Shown one piece after another: positions 1-8,232 of a stretch of 15,656 bases of DNA (the first letter of the stretch is position 1; each line of letters begins with the position of its first letter). The notes beneath the pieces were generated by a model that saw only the letters and a list, made by a program, of their open reading frames with translations, was not told the origin of the DNA and made no database searches. Both the position numbers and the translations under genes were made by a program. Origin of the DNA: Gemmatimonadales bacterium (GTDB taxonomy: Bacteria; Gemmatimonadota; Gemmatimonadetes; Gemmatimonadales; GWC2-71-9); assembly GCA_038321865.1 (NCBI GenBank), contig JBBQFH010000046.1:1-15656 (forward strand), given 5' to 3'.

Positions 1-1
1 C

Positions 2-172
2 GTGATCGGCTTCGAGGACTCGTTCAACTACAACATCGACAGCGACTTCAACGACGTCGTCTTCGCCGTTCGCGGCACCGTGACGCCGGAACCGGTCACC
101 ATGTCGCTGCTCGCCACCGGCCTCGCCGGCATGGGCGGCGCGGGTGTGTTCAAGCGTCGCAAGAAGGCGTAA
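2..172 (+). CDS. PEP-CTERM sorting-domain protein, 3' end only (DUF4114-like motif before the sorting signal); 5' end lies outside the window
   Basis: Not in the ORF track. Manual frame-2 translation gives VIGFEDSFNYNIDSDFNDVVFAVRGTVTPEPVTMSLLATGLAGMGGAGVFKRRKKA*. This has a TPEP motif (83-94), a hydrophobic helix and a basic KRRKK tail. GFED...DxDFNDxV resembles DUF4114. Confidence 0.92.
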   Translation: MIGFEDSFNYNIDSDFNDVVFAVRGTVTPEPVTMSLLATGLAGMGGAGVFKRRKKA

Positions 173-219
173 GCCAGGACGAGTACCCAGGTCCAGACCA
201 ACGGAACTGTCCCGCATGC

Positions 220-251
220 TGGGGCGCTGCGGTTCGGCGCCCCACTTGCTT
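220..251 (+). terminator. Probable intrinsic terminator after the PEP-CTERM gene
   Basis: 10-bp stem TGGGGCGCTG/CGGCGCCCCA (one G-U pair), 5-nt loop, followed by CTTGCTT (weak U tract). Confidence 0.5.
235..250 (+). promoter_or_regulatory. Possible sigma54 -24/-12 promoter for the 303-845 gene
   Basis: CGGCGCCCCACTTGCT has GG-N10-GC spacing with GGC and TTGCT. It overlaps the hairpin arm, and a sigma70-like TATACT follows at 251-256. Confidence 0.35.
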
Positions 252-302
252 ATACTGCAGCTGCTCCGCGAAGCCGCCTGTTCACCTCTGCCGGCAAGGC
301 CG

Positions 303-845
303 ATGGATTCCACGACCGAACACGCCCCCGATATCCGGCGCTGGCTTCCCGCGGCGTATTTCCTCGGATTCGTGCTCTTCGCATCACCGGTCCTCGAGAC
401 CTTCGGCGCGCTGTGGCCGCCGCATTTCGATGCCGCCACCTGGCGCTACGGCGCGGTCGGGATCTTTCTGTCATCCGTCGGGTCGGCACCGCTCGGGTTG
501 CTGTGCATGCTCGTCGCGGCCGTCGTGCTCCGGCACCAGCTCGCCCTGCGCCTGATCGGCATCGCCGCCATCCTGATGACGTTGTTCGTGCTCACCGTCT
601 GCGGGGCATTCGCGCTCGACGTCATCCAGGTCCGGTCGATCGTCCGCCCGGCGGTCCAGGGAGGTTTCGACCTGGCGGCCGCCAAGGCGGTGCTCATGGG
701 CCTCGTCGTGATGGTCACCTGCATCCTGATCGCGGTTGCCGCGTTCAAGGCGGCGGCGCCGGGCGCGGGGCATCGGTCGCCTCGGCGGGGGCGCTCATCG
801 AAGACGGATCAGCTCGTCGGCGCGCCGGATGGGCCGCTCGAATAG
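303..845 (+). CDS. Hypothetical integral membrane protein, about 4 TM helices (180 aa)
   Basis: Starts at ATG 303 (MDSTTEH...). Four long hydrophobic segments and a basic C-terminal tail. The upstream extension to 144 overlaps the PEP-CTERM gene and looks non-coding. Confidence 0.8.
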   Translation: MDSTTEHAPDIRRWLPAAYFLGFVLFASPVLETFGALWPPHFDAATWRYGAVGIFLSSVGSAPLGLLCMLVAAVVLRHQLALRLIGIAAILMTLFVLTVCGAFALDVIQVRSIVRPAVQGGFDLAAAKAVLMGLVVMVTCILIAVAAFKAAAPGAGHRSPRRGRSSKTDQLVGAPDGPLE

Positions 846-873
846 CGGGTCACCCCAGGCCTGAACAGGAGAA

Positions 874-904
874 CGCCGGCCGGAGCAGTCTGCTCCGGCC
901 GGCG
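874..904. terminator. Bidirectional terminator hairpin between convergent genes
   Basis: Perfect 14-bp inverted repeat CGCCGGCCGGAGCA-gtc-TGCTCCGGCCGGCG, followed by CTTTCGTT on the + strand. Confidence 0.75.
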
Positions 905-927
905 CTTTCGTTCTGCCCTGCGTCCGA

Positions 928-1560
928 TCAGACGGGAAGCTTGGCCTTCACCTCGGGGACCAGCTGTTTCGCCGTGGCCGTGGCCAACGAGTCAGGGTCA
1001 CCCATCGAGGGGGTCATCGGAACCACGATCCGCACCAGCGCCTCTTCGGTCCGGCCACGGATGGCCGCGTCGCGCAGCAGGTTCCACTTGACGCGATACT
1101 CGCTCGCCTCCGTGCGCCCGCGCCCCTGGTACCAGTAGTAGACCAGCGCCCGGGCGCTCTTGTTGGCCAGCAGGTAGCGATTGACCGTCAGCGGCCCGTT
1201 GGCGGTCGCGATGGTCACGCGGCGCGAGTCGAGCGCGTCCCAGCCGGCTCCGGGCAGGCAGTTTTTCGGGGAGTGGATCGTCCGCCCCTGTGTCTGCTCC
1301 TCGTAATAGCCCACGTAGACCGTGAACTGATCCTGCGTGCCCGCGCGGTCGAACACGCGATAGAGATAGTGCGACATTCCGGCGACTCGCTGCTCTTCCT
1401 TGTCGATAACCCCATCCGACGCGGTGAATCCCGGCGCGCTGGTCTGGATCGTGGACAGCGGCGCCCGGAGCGCCTGCGCCGACTGCCGCTGTACGCTCAG
1501 GAGCAGCACGCACCCCGCGCACATGATGCCGGCCGGCACCCAGCGATACGAATCACGCAT
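928..1560 (-). CDS. epsI: EpsI family exosortase-associated protein (210 aa)
   Basis: N-terminal membrane anchor; motifs VYVGYY, IHSPKNCLPGAGW, LVYYWYQGRGR and ALVRI. ATG 1560 overlaps the 3' end of the exosortase gene. Confidence 0.9.
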   Translation of the reverse strand: MRDSYRWVPAGIMCAGCVLLLSVQRQSAQALRAPLSTIQTSAPGFTASDGVIDKEEQRVAGMSHYLYRVFDRAGTQDQFTVYVGYYEEQTQGRTIHSPKNCLPGAGWDALDSRRVTIATANGPLTVNRYLLANKSARALVYYWYQGRGRTEASEYRVKWNLLRDAAIRGRTEEALVRIVVPMTPSMGDPDSLATATAKQLVPEVKAKLPV

Positions 1561-2440
1561 TGGCGGTCCTCCGCTCGGCGATCCGCGCCTCGATCCGCCC
1601 GGCGATCCATGCCAGCGCACCGAGAATGCCGAACGCCACGATGAACATCAGCCACCCTTCCGTAATGTGCATGAATCCGTCACCCAGCTTCGGGCTGACG
1701 AAGAACACCAGGAACCCGGTGAGGAACACCCGGACGCCGTTGATCAGGACGGCGACCGGGATCGCCAGCGCCAGCAGCACGACGCGAGTGACCGGATACC
1801 TGAGCCAGAGGCCGCCGATGAGCACGCCGAGGCTGAGGAGCGCGGTCAGCGAGCGGAGGCCGCTGCAGGCTTCGGTCACGAACAGGCGATGGCCGCCCGG
1901 CAGCATGATCACGTTGCCGGCGAGCCGAACCGGAACGTGGCGGGCTTCCAGGAGTGCGGCACCCATCTGGGACGCCTTGAACTGGAGCGGAAGCGCGATG
2001 GTATTGGTCACGATGGACGGCAGCGGAACGGCAAGGGTGACCAGCACGATCGGCAGCCACCAGCGCATCAGCTGGCGCCAGCCGAACACGAAGAGCAGGA
2101 TGCCGAGGGCCGCCCCGACGATGGAGAGCCGCATGGTATACATCTCGGCGGCGAGGCCGGCCAGATAGCGGAGGAGCACCGAGCCGCCGAGCAGCAGCGA
2201 GCCGAGGACGCGCTGGGGCCGCATGTCCGCGACCAGGCCGCTCTTCCACGCGAGCCAGACGGCGAGCGGCGCCAGCAACAGGCCGTGCCCGGCATCCGGC
2301 TCGGTCCACCAGTCGATGGCCAGGAGGCGGAAGGGATTGGCGAAGAGGATTACGAAGGCGATGGCACCAACGACCAGCGGCGCCAGATTGCGCCGCCCGA
2401 CGTCGACCCTGACCCGCGCGGCCTCGGCTATGGCCGTCAC
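1553..2440 (-). CDS. epsH: Exosortase (EpsH family transpeptidase), stand-alone form
   Basis: Multi-TM protein with catalytic Cys in VTEACSGLRSL, Arg in NGVRV and His in MHITEG. The GTG start overlaps the upstream stop codon (GTGA). Confidence 0.93.
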   Translation of the reverse strand: MTAIAEAARVRVDVGRRNLAPLVVGAIAFVILFANPFRLLAIDWWTEPDAGHGLLLAPLAVWLAWKSGLVADMRPQRVLGSLLLGGSVLLRYLAGLAAEMYTMRLSIVGAALGILLFVFGWRQLMRWWLPIVLVTLAVPLPSIVTNTIALPLQFKASQMGAALLEARHVPVRLAGNVIMLPGGHRLFVTEACSGLRSLTALLSLGVLIGGLWLRYPVTRVVLLALAIPVAVLINGVRVFLTGFLVFFVSPKLGDGFMHITEGWLMFIVAFGILGALAWIAGRIEARIAERRTANA

Positions 2441-3216
2441 CAGCCCCCGCGGCGGAACAGGATCACCGGAATCGTCTTGAGCATGATCTTGAGATCCTCG
2501 GTCACGCCCTGGCGGCGGAGGTATTCCAGATCGTAATGCACCTTTTTCCGGACATCATCGATGCAGGCGTCGTAGTGGTGGTTGATCTGGGCCAGGCCGG
2601 TGATGCCGGGCTTGGCACGCTGGCGGAGGGGATACTCCTCGATGCTCTCGCGCAGCTCGGCAAAGATCGTCGGCCGCTCGGGGCGGGGACCGACGATGTT
2701 CATCTCGCCCTTGATGACGTTCAGCAGCTGGGGCAGCTCATCCAGCCGGTACTGCCGGAGGAAACCGCCGACGGCCGTGATCCGCGGGTCCTTCTTCGAG
2801 GCCCAGACCGCGCCGGTGCTCTGCTCCGCGTCCACCCGCATCGTCCGGAACTTGTAGATCTGGAACGGGGCGCCGCCGATGTTGGCTTCGCGGCGGTGGT
2901 TGTTGGCGTTGACCGGGTTGCTCCGACGGTCGAGGCCGACCCGGACCTGGGTATAGAACACCGGCCCGCGCGAGGTGAGCTTGATCACCAGCGCGATGAG
3001 CGCGAGCACCGGCAGCACCAGGATCAGCGCGATGGTCGCGAGGACGATATTGAGCACCCGCCGGACCTTCTCCGGGTTGGTCAGCACCGCGTCGGGTGTC
3101 TCGACCGAGGCACGGGCGCGACGCTCTCCGGCGCGCGGCGCAAGCTCCGCTTCGAAGCGGCCGGACACGCGTGCGACGGGTTGGCTGTCTCTCAGCCCTG
3201 ACATGGCGATTCCCAT
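2437..3216 (-). CDS. Priming polyprenyl-phosphate sugar-1-phosphate transferase (Bac_transf; WcaJ C-terminal/PglC-like)
   Basis: Single hydrophobic helix, then motifs GPVFYTQVRVG, YKFRTM, DPRIT, RLDELPQ, GPRPE, KPGITGLAQ and YDLEY. The start may instead be ATG 3204. Confidence 0.92.
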   Translation of the reverse strand: MGIAMSGLRDSQPVARVSGRFEAELAPRAGERRARASVETPDAVLTNPEKVRRVLNIVLATIALILVLPVLALIALVIKLTSRGPVFYTQVRVGLDRRSNPVNANNHRREANIGGAPFQIYKFRTMRVDAEQSTGAVWASKKDPRITAVGGFLRQYRLDELPQLLNVIKGEMNIVGPRPERPTIFAELRESIEEYPLRQRAKPGITGLAQINHHYDACIDDVRKKVHYDLEYLRRQGVTEDLKIMLKTIPVILFRRGGW

Positions 3217-3223
3217 TTGAGGC

Positions 3224-3967
3224 TCAGATTCTGGTGAGTGCGAAGAGACCTAGCACTATGCCGGATATCAGCCCGGCGGTCTGCAGAGCACCCTTGAAGC
3301 CGCCGCTTTTCTCGCCAATCGTGAATTCGTCGCCGCTGTGCAGACTTAGCTGGTCGATCGAAACGCCATCCGCGAACGCCTGACGCAGTTGGCGGGCATC
3401 GATGACCGGCAGCGCCCCCCTGCGGACTGTGGTCTTGGCAAGGTCCGCGCCGCCGGCAGGCCCGCCCGCGGCCATAATGACATCGCTCGCGAGCGTCGCC
3501 GCCGGAAGCGTGTAAAACCCCGGGCGGTTCACGGCGCCCAGCACGGCCAGGCGGATGAGCGCCGTGGCGGTCACCTGCGGATCACGGAGAAACTGGCTGA
3601 TCTTCTGCTTCAGGAACGGCTGCAGCTCGGAGCGCAGGACACCCTGCAGCGAGATATCGGGAAAGTTCGGGAGCTGGAGCACCCGGTTGGTCTTGACGGT
3701 GAACGTGTCGCTCAGCGACGTGTCGCTCAGGACCCGGATATGAATGCGGTCTCCCGGCTGGAAATCGCCATCGCGCATCCGGCCCTCGATCACACGACGC
3801 TCTTCGGCACTCAATTTCGGATTCGACAGCAGCGCCTGCAGATCCTGGCGGGACGCCTCGACGCGGCGTACGTCCGGCGCCGTTGTTACCTGTGCCCGCA
3901 ACTGAGAGCCGGCCACGGCCAGAGCTCCGACTACCGCGACAAACCGAATGATCCGCATGTTCAGCAT
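3224..3967 (-). CDS. Polysaccharide biosynthesis/export protein (Wza/OPX-like, Poly_export + SLBB)
   Basis: Signal peptide; FQPGDRIHI...LPNFPDISLQG PES-like motif; VLGAVNRPGFY and AAGG (SLBB); LHSGD; C-terminal hydrophobic helix. Start is ATG 3967 or 3958, downstream of AGGA. Confidence 0.85.
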   Translation of the reverse strand: MLNMRIIRFVAVVGALAVAGSQLRAQVTTAPDVRRVEASRQDLQALLSNPKLSAEERRVIEGRMRDGDFQPGDRIHIRVLSDTSLSDTFTVKTNRVLQLPNFPDISLQGVLRSELQPFLKQKISQFLRDPQVTATALIRLAVLGAVNRPGFYTLPAATLASDVIMAAGGPAGGADLAKTTVRRGALPVIDARQLRQAFADGVSIDQLSLHSGDEFTIGEKSGGFKGALQTAGLISGIVLGLFALTRI

Positions 3968-4120
3968 GATTCCTGTTTTGGAGGCCCAGCCCGCACCCAT
4001 CAGCAAGTTTGGCTCCGGACTGTGCCGCAAACGTAGCTCCTTGATGGATATTGCGTTAGATGTACCATTAGTCCCATATTGTGACCCGCGTCACCATCGG
4101 AACGTCGCACTTCACCTACA

Positions 4121-4294
4121 TCACGGCATCAGCGTGGGACCCGTCAGCCGGGGCCGAAGCTCGGCCAGTTTGGGATCGTCGATCTCTCCCAGGCCGAAGT
4201 TCGCCAGCCGGCGGGCGAATTCGACGAAGGCGCGCGCCGAGTCCGGCGCCGCTGCCGGGACATCCTTCCTGATCTTGGCATCGCAGTCTGACAT
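4121..4294 (-). CDS. Small hypothetical protein (57 aa)
   Basis: MSDCDAKIRKDVPAAAPDSARAFVEFARRLANFGLGEIDDPKLAELRPRLTGPTLMP. Third codon positions are mostly G/C, there is an amphipathic helix-like core, and it is co-oriented with the EPS operon. Confidence 0.5.
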   Translation of the reverse strand: MSDCDAKIRKDVPAAAPDSARAFVEFARRLANFGLGEIDDPKLAELRPRLTGPTLMP

Positions 4295-4740
4295 GTCGTC
4301 TCGCTGAATTGGCGGTTCGGACCTGACCTGTTCCATATCAAGTATGGAGCCGCGCGCCGGACGGCGCGCCCTGCTGCGGACCCGGTGATACCCAAATCTG
4401 TAACGCGTTGGTATAACTGAAGATAGCAAGCCGCGTCCGGCCGACCTCCGCCGGCGATCGCCGGCCGGGCGTGGGGCCGTCTCCACAGCAGCCGCCGGGT
4501 GAGCGCTACAGTTCTACTCCGGGCCGAGTCGTGGCGCGTGACCTGTTGCGCGGCCCCACCGATCCAGGGGTCGGCAGCCCGGGTGAAATCGATTAATACG
4601 TTGAGCAGTATGGACTTATCAAGACTGCCGACCGCGCATGAGTCCTGCTGTGTGCCAGGTGTTCGCCGTCTCTGCGGCGACTAAGTGACGGACCCGAGGC
4701 CGGTCCTGTTCCTCTCTACAGAATCAGGCGGCGCCCAGGC

Positions 4741-5679
4741 ATGGCCACTCGCGACAAGGCTCCACTACCTCCGCTGGTCCTGATCGCCAACGACCAGGAA
4801 TGGTCGGCCCGCTCGCTCGAGAGCATACTCGGGCCCAACGGGTATTCGGTCATTCGCGCGTACACCGGCCAGCAGGCGCTGGACCGGGCGCGGACGGCGC
4901 ACCCCGACATGATCATCCTGGACGCGCAGATGCCGGACATGCACGGGTTCGATGTCTGCCGCGCACTTCGCAGTGACCCCCGGTTCAGCGCCACCACCCC
5001 CATCATCATTACGACTTCAGGCCCGTCCGGCCGGACCCAGCGGCTGGAGGCCTACCGGGCGGGCGCCTGGGAGTTTCTCGGGCAGCCCCTCGATGGCGAG
5101 GCGCTACTGCTCAAGCTGCGCACCTTCATTCAGTCGAAGCTCGAGGTCGACACGCTGCGGGACGAGAGCCTGCTCGACCAGGCGACCGGCCTCTACAACA
5201 TGCGGGGCCTCGCCCGGCGTGCCCGGGAGATCGGATCCGAGGCGTTCCGGCGCCACGAGGCGCTCGCCTGCGTCGTCTTCACACCTGAGACGGGTGCCGT
5301 GGATGGCGAGACCAGCGACGAAGAGACGCAGCGCGTGGCGGAACGGATCGGCCAGGTGTTCCGCCAGACGGGCCGCTCCTCCGACGCGATCGGGCGGCTC
5401 GGCGTCTCCGAGTTCGCCGTCATCGCCCCCGCGACCGGCGCCACCGGCGCGGAGCGGCTGGTCGAGCGCCTCGGCGACACGATCGAGGCGGCGCCGATTC
5501 CGGTGCGCGACGGTGACCGGCGGGTGAAGATTCGCGCCGGGTACTGCGCGGTGCCCGATTTCGCCGATTCGCCGATCGACGCCGTCGAGATCCTCCTCCG
5601 CGCGACGACGGCGCTCCGCGATCTGCGGAAGGCCGGCGGCGAGATCCGCGTCCGGGCGTTCGACAGCAGCGTCAACTAG
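4741..5679 (+). CDS. Response regulator with atypical REC domain and degenerate GGDEF domain (PleD-like architecture, likely catalytically inactive)
   Basis: REC: VLIANDQ, IILDAQMP, FLGQP. GGDEF-like part: DQATGLYN and RSSDAIGRLGVSEF. Confidence 0.88.
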   Translation: MATRDKAPLPPLVLIANDQEWSARSLESILGPNGYSVIRAYTGQQALDRARTAHPDMIILDAQMPDMHGFDVCRALRSDPRFSATTPIIITTSGPSGRTQRLEAYRAGAWEFLGQPLDGEALLLKLRTFIQSKLEVDTLRDESLLDQATGLYNMRGLARRAREIGSEAFRRHEALACVVFTPETGAVDGETSDEETQRVAERIGQVFRQTGRSSDAIGRLGVSEFAVIAPATGATGAERLVERLGDTIEAAPIPVRDGDRRVKIRAGYCAVPDFADSPIDAVEILLRATTALRDLRKAGGEIRVRAFDSSVN

Positions 5680-5696
5680 TTCGCGGCATCAGCCGG

Positions 5697-5743
5697 ACGA
5701 GGAAGGGCCCGGATCTCACGTCGAGATCCGGGCCCTTCCTCGT
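5697..5743. terminator. Long bidirectional hairpin between convergent genes
   Basis: Perfect 21-bp inverted repeat ACGAGGAAGGGCCCGGATCTC-acgtc-GAGATCCGGGCCCTTCCTCGT. Confidence 0.75.
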
Positions 5744-5763
5744 TCCATACGGCGAGCCCTGGT

Positions 5764-8169
5764 TCAGCTGTGCTCGCCGACCTCGACCTGGCCGGCCAGC
5801 TGCGCGGCCGGCTCTTCGTCGGCCGTGTAGCCGTAGACGTAGTGGTAATACTTGTAGGCGCTGTCCTTGGTGCTGATGTCGTTCAGCACCGCGCCCAGGA
5901 TACGGACCGGCAGCTTGTCCAGCAGCTTGAGCTTCGCTTCCGCCAGCTGGCGATCGGTCTCGCCGGCGCGCAGGACCACCATGATGTTGCCGGTCGCGGT
6001 GCCAAGCACGAAGGGATCGATGCCGGCGCCGAGCGGCGGGCTGTCCACGATGATGGCAGCATACTGGCCCTTGAGATCGGCCAGGAGCTGGCGCATCGCC
6101 GCCGACCCGAGCAGCTCGGGGGCGTGATGGTGGCGCGTGCCGCAGGGAATCACGGTCAGGTTCTGGTGGCTCGCCGGCCGGAGAATCTGCTCCATCTTCG
6201 CGTTGCCGAGCAGGAAGTCGATCAGGCCCGGGCGGCGGTCGGTACCGAACATCCGGTGCAGCTCGCCCCGGCGGACGTCACCGTCGACCAGCAGTGTCTT
6301 GTAGCCCGCCTCGGCGAACGACAGTGCCAGGTTGCTGGAGACCAGCGACTTGCCGTCGCCCGGGGAGGGGCTCGAGACCGTCAGCATCACCGGCCCCGCC
6401 GCCCCATAACTGTGCGCCAGGTTCATCCGAATCGTCCGGAACGCTTCGACGACGTGCGAGGCCTCTTCCGGATCGCGCGCGCTGACGGCCACCTTCCGGA
6501 TGGCCGGGACCGCACCGAGGATGCTGAGGCCGAGCTCGCGCGTGACCTGGTCGGGGTAGCGGAGCCGCTTGTCGAGCCGGTCGAGCAGAATCGCCACGCC
6601 GATCGCGACCGCCATGCTGCCGAGGAACGCCATCGCGATGATGCCGGGCGCGCTGTTGCGCGTCGGCTTCTGCGGCGCGACGGCGGCGTCGAGCAGGCGC
6701 ACGTCGGGCACCGCACTCGCTTCGGCGAGCTTCGCCTGCTGGAAGCGGACCGCGACATCGCCATAGAGGGCCGCCAGCTGCTGATATTCCCGCTCGAGCC
6801 GCTGCTCGTTGATGGTCCGGCCCGGGATGGCCTGCAGCTCGCGCGAGGATGTGGCGATATGTGACGTGAGCTCGGTCTCCTTCGACCGGAGCGCGTTGCT
6901 CAGGGCACTGGCGTACGCCGGGATGGTCTGCGAGCGCAGGGTGCGGACCTTTTCCTGAACGTCCTGCACCTGCTTCGCTTCGGGCGTATAGCGGAAGCCG
7001 AGGGCCCGCGCTTCGGCCTCGTACCGGGAAAGCTCGGTCAATGCGTTCTGGAGGTCGGGAGCGCTCTGCACCGCCGTCACGGTCTGGAACTCGTCGATCG
7101 CCAGCGAGCCGGCGCGCGCGCGCTGGATGATCCGGTCGAGCGACTCGCGGTCCCGCCGGAGCGCTTCGGCCTTCATCTTTTCGTCGAAATACGCGGTCAT
7201 CACCGTCGGCTGGGTGAGCCCGATGCCCGCCGCGACCGCCGTGCCTTCGGTCGGCTGGGTGATGATTTTCGTCTTGTAGCTCTCGAGCCGGCCCTCGGCC
7301 TGGCGCAGCTGGTCCGCCAGGGTGTCCACCTGATAGTGGAGGATCTTCGACGTCTCCCGCAGGTTGAACTTCTTCAGGTCGGCCGCCACGCTCACGAACT
7401 GGTCGATCAGCGTGTTGAGGGTGCTGGTCACCTTGGCCGGGTCGGTGCCGGTCATGGATACCCGGAGGAAGCTGCCGTTATCGCTCATGTTCGGCGAGAT
7501 GCGCTTCTGCAGCGCGAGCGACGCTTCGCGCGGACGCAGCACGGTGAACTTGATCTTCCCCGCTGCCGCGAGCGCCCTCGCGTCGGGCCGCCAGGTGTAG
7601 CCCATCTTGGCGCCAACCGAATCGCCCAGACGGCCGGCGTCGACCGGCAAGCCTTCCTTCGTCTTGATGGACCAGGTGCGCGCGGCGGGGTCGGCGTCGA
7701 GCTGGAAATCCCCGGCGTAGAAGCGATCCTTCAGGCCGAACGTCTTGAAGAGGGGTTCGTATTTCGGCGCGTACGTGAGGTACAGCCGCTCGCGCTGGAT
7801 GACCGAGTCGAGTACCCGGTATTGAAACAGGAGTTCGACCCACTGCTGGGAGTGGAGCAGCTCGTCCGGCCGGATCGGGCCCGATCCGCGGTTCTCGGAG
7901 CCGGGCTGGATGTACACGGTGGCCTGGGCGGCGTAGACCGGCTTCAGATAGTGGGTGGCCACGACTCCGCCCGCGGTGCCTACCACCGTCAGCGCCAGCA
8001 CGATCCACTTGTAGCGCTTGACCGCCGCCATGTACCGGCCCATGGACTGGGCGCCGGCGGTCTGCGGATCGGCCACGCCCACCGCGCGGTCGTCCAGCGC
8101 GGCCAGGGCATTGGCGGGGTCCGATGTCGGAAGGCGTCCCTGCTCAGACGGTACGATGTTGCCAGCCAT
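5764..8169 (-). CDS. wzc: Polysaccharide co-polymerase / BY-kinase tyrosine autokinase (Wzc/GumC family, 801 aa)
   Basis: Two TM helices flank a coiled-coil region. Walker A SPSPGDGKS, A' LLVDGDVRR, B IIVDSPP, and a C-terminal Tyr cluster YKYYHYVYGY. GGAG RBS precedes ATG 8169. Confidence 0.93.
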   Translation of the reverse strand: MAGNIVPSEQGRLPTSDPANALAALDDRAVGVADPQTAGAQSMGRYMAAVKRYKWIVLALTVVGTAGGVVATHYLKPVYAAQATVYIQPGSENRGSGPIRPDELLHSQQWVELLFQYRVLDSVIQRERLYLTYAPKYEPLFKTFGLKDRFYAGDFQLDADPAARTWSIKTKEGLPVDAGRLGDSVGAKMGYTWRPDARALAAAGKIKFTVLRPREASLALQKRISPNMSDNGSFLRVSMTGTDPAKVTSTLNTLIDQFVSVAADLKKFNLRETSKILHYQVDTLADQLRQAEGRLESYKTKIITQPTEGTAVAAGIGLTQPTVMTAYFDEKMKAEALRRDRESLDRIIQRARAGSLAIDEFQTVTAVQSAPDLQNALTELSRYEAEARALGFRYTPEAKQVQDVQEKVRTLRSQTIPAYASALSNALRSKETELTSHIATSSRELQAIPGRTINEQRLEREYQQLAALYGDVAVRFQQAKLAEASAVPDVRLLDAAVAPQKPTRNSAPGIIAMAFLGSMAVAIGVAILLDRLDKRLRYPDQVTRELGLSILGAVPAIRKVAVSARDPEEASHVVEAFRTIRMNLAHSYGAAGPVMLTVSSPSPGDGKSLVSSNLALSFAEAGYKTLLVDGDVRRGELHRMFGTDRRPGLIDFLLGNAKMEQILRPASHQNLTVIPCGTRHHHAPELLGSAAMRQLLADLKGQYAAIIVDSPPLGAGIDPFVLGTATGNIMVVLRAGETDRQLAEAKLKLLDKLPVRILGAVLNDISTKDSAYKYYHYVYGYTADEEPAAQLAGQVEVGEHS

Positions 8170-8232
8170 AGTCTCCGGCTCCGGGGTGTCGAGTGCGGCT
8201 AAGGGCCGCGAGGCTACGTCCCACCATAACAA

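Noticed and set aside
144..302. N-terminal extension of the membrane-protein ORF
   Set aside because: It overlaps the PEP-CTERM CDS and its terminator hairpin; ATG 303 is more plausible.
4425..4439. Sigma54-like motif on the minus strand (CGGACGCGGCTTGCT)
   Set aside because: Spacing is GG-N9-GC, and sigma54 requires N10.
4642..4657. TGGCAC -24-like element on the minus strand
   Set aside because: No GC at the -12 position (it reads GA).
4741..5679. Annotation as an active diguanylate cyclase (PleD)
   Set aside because: The GG(D/E)EF motif and the metal-binding motif are both lost.
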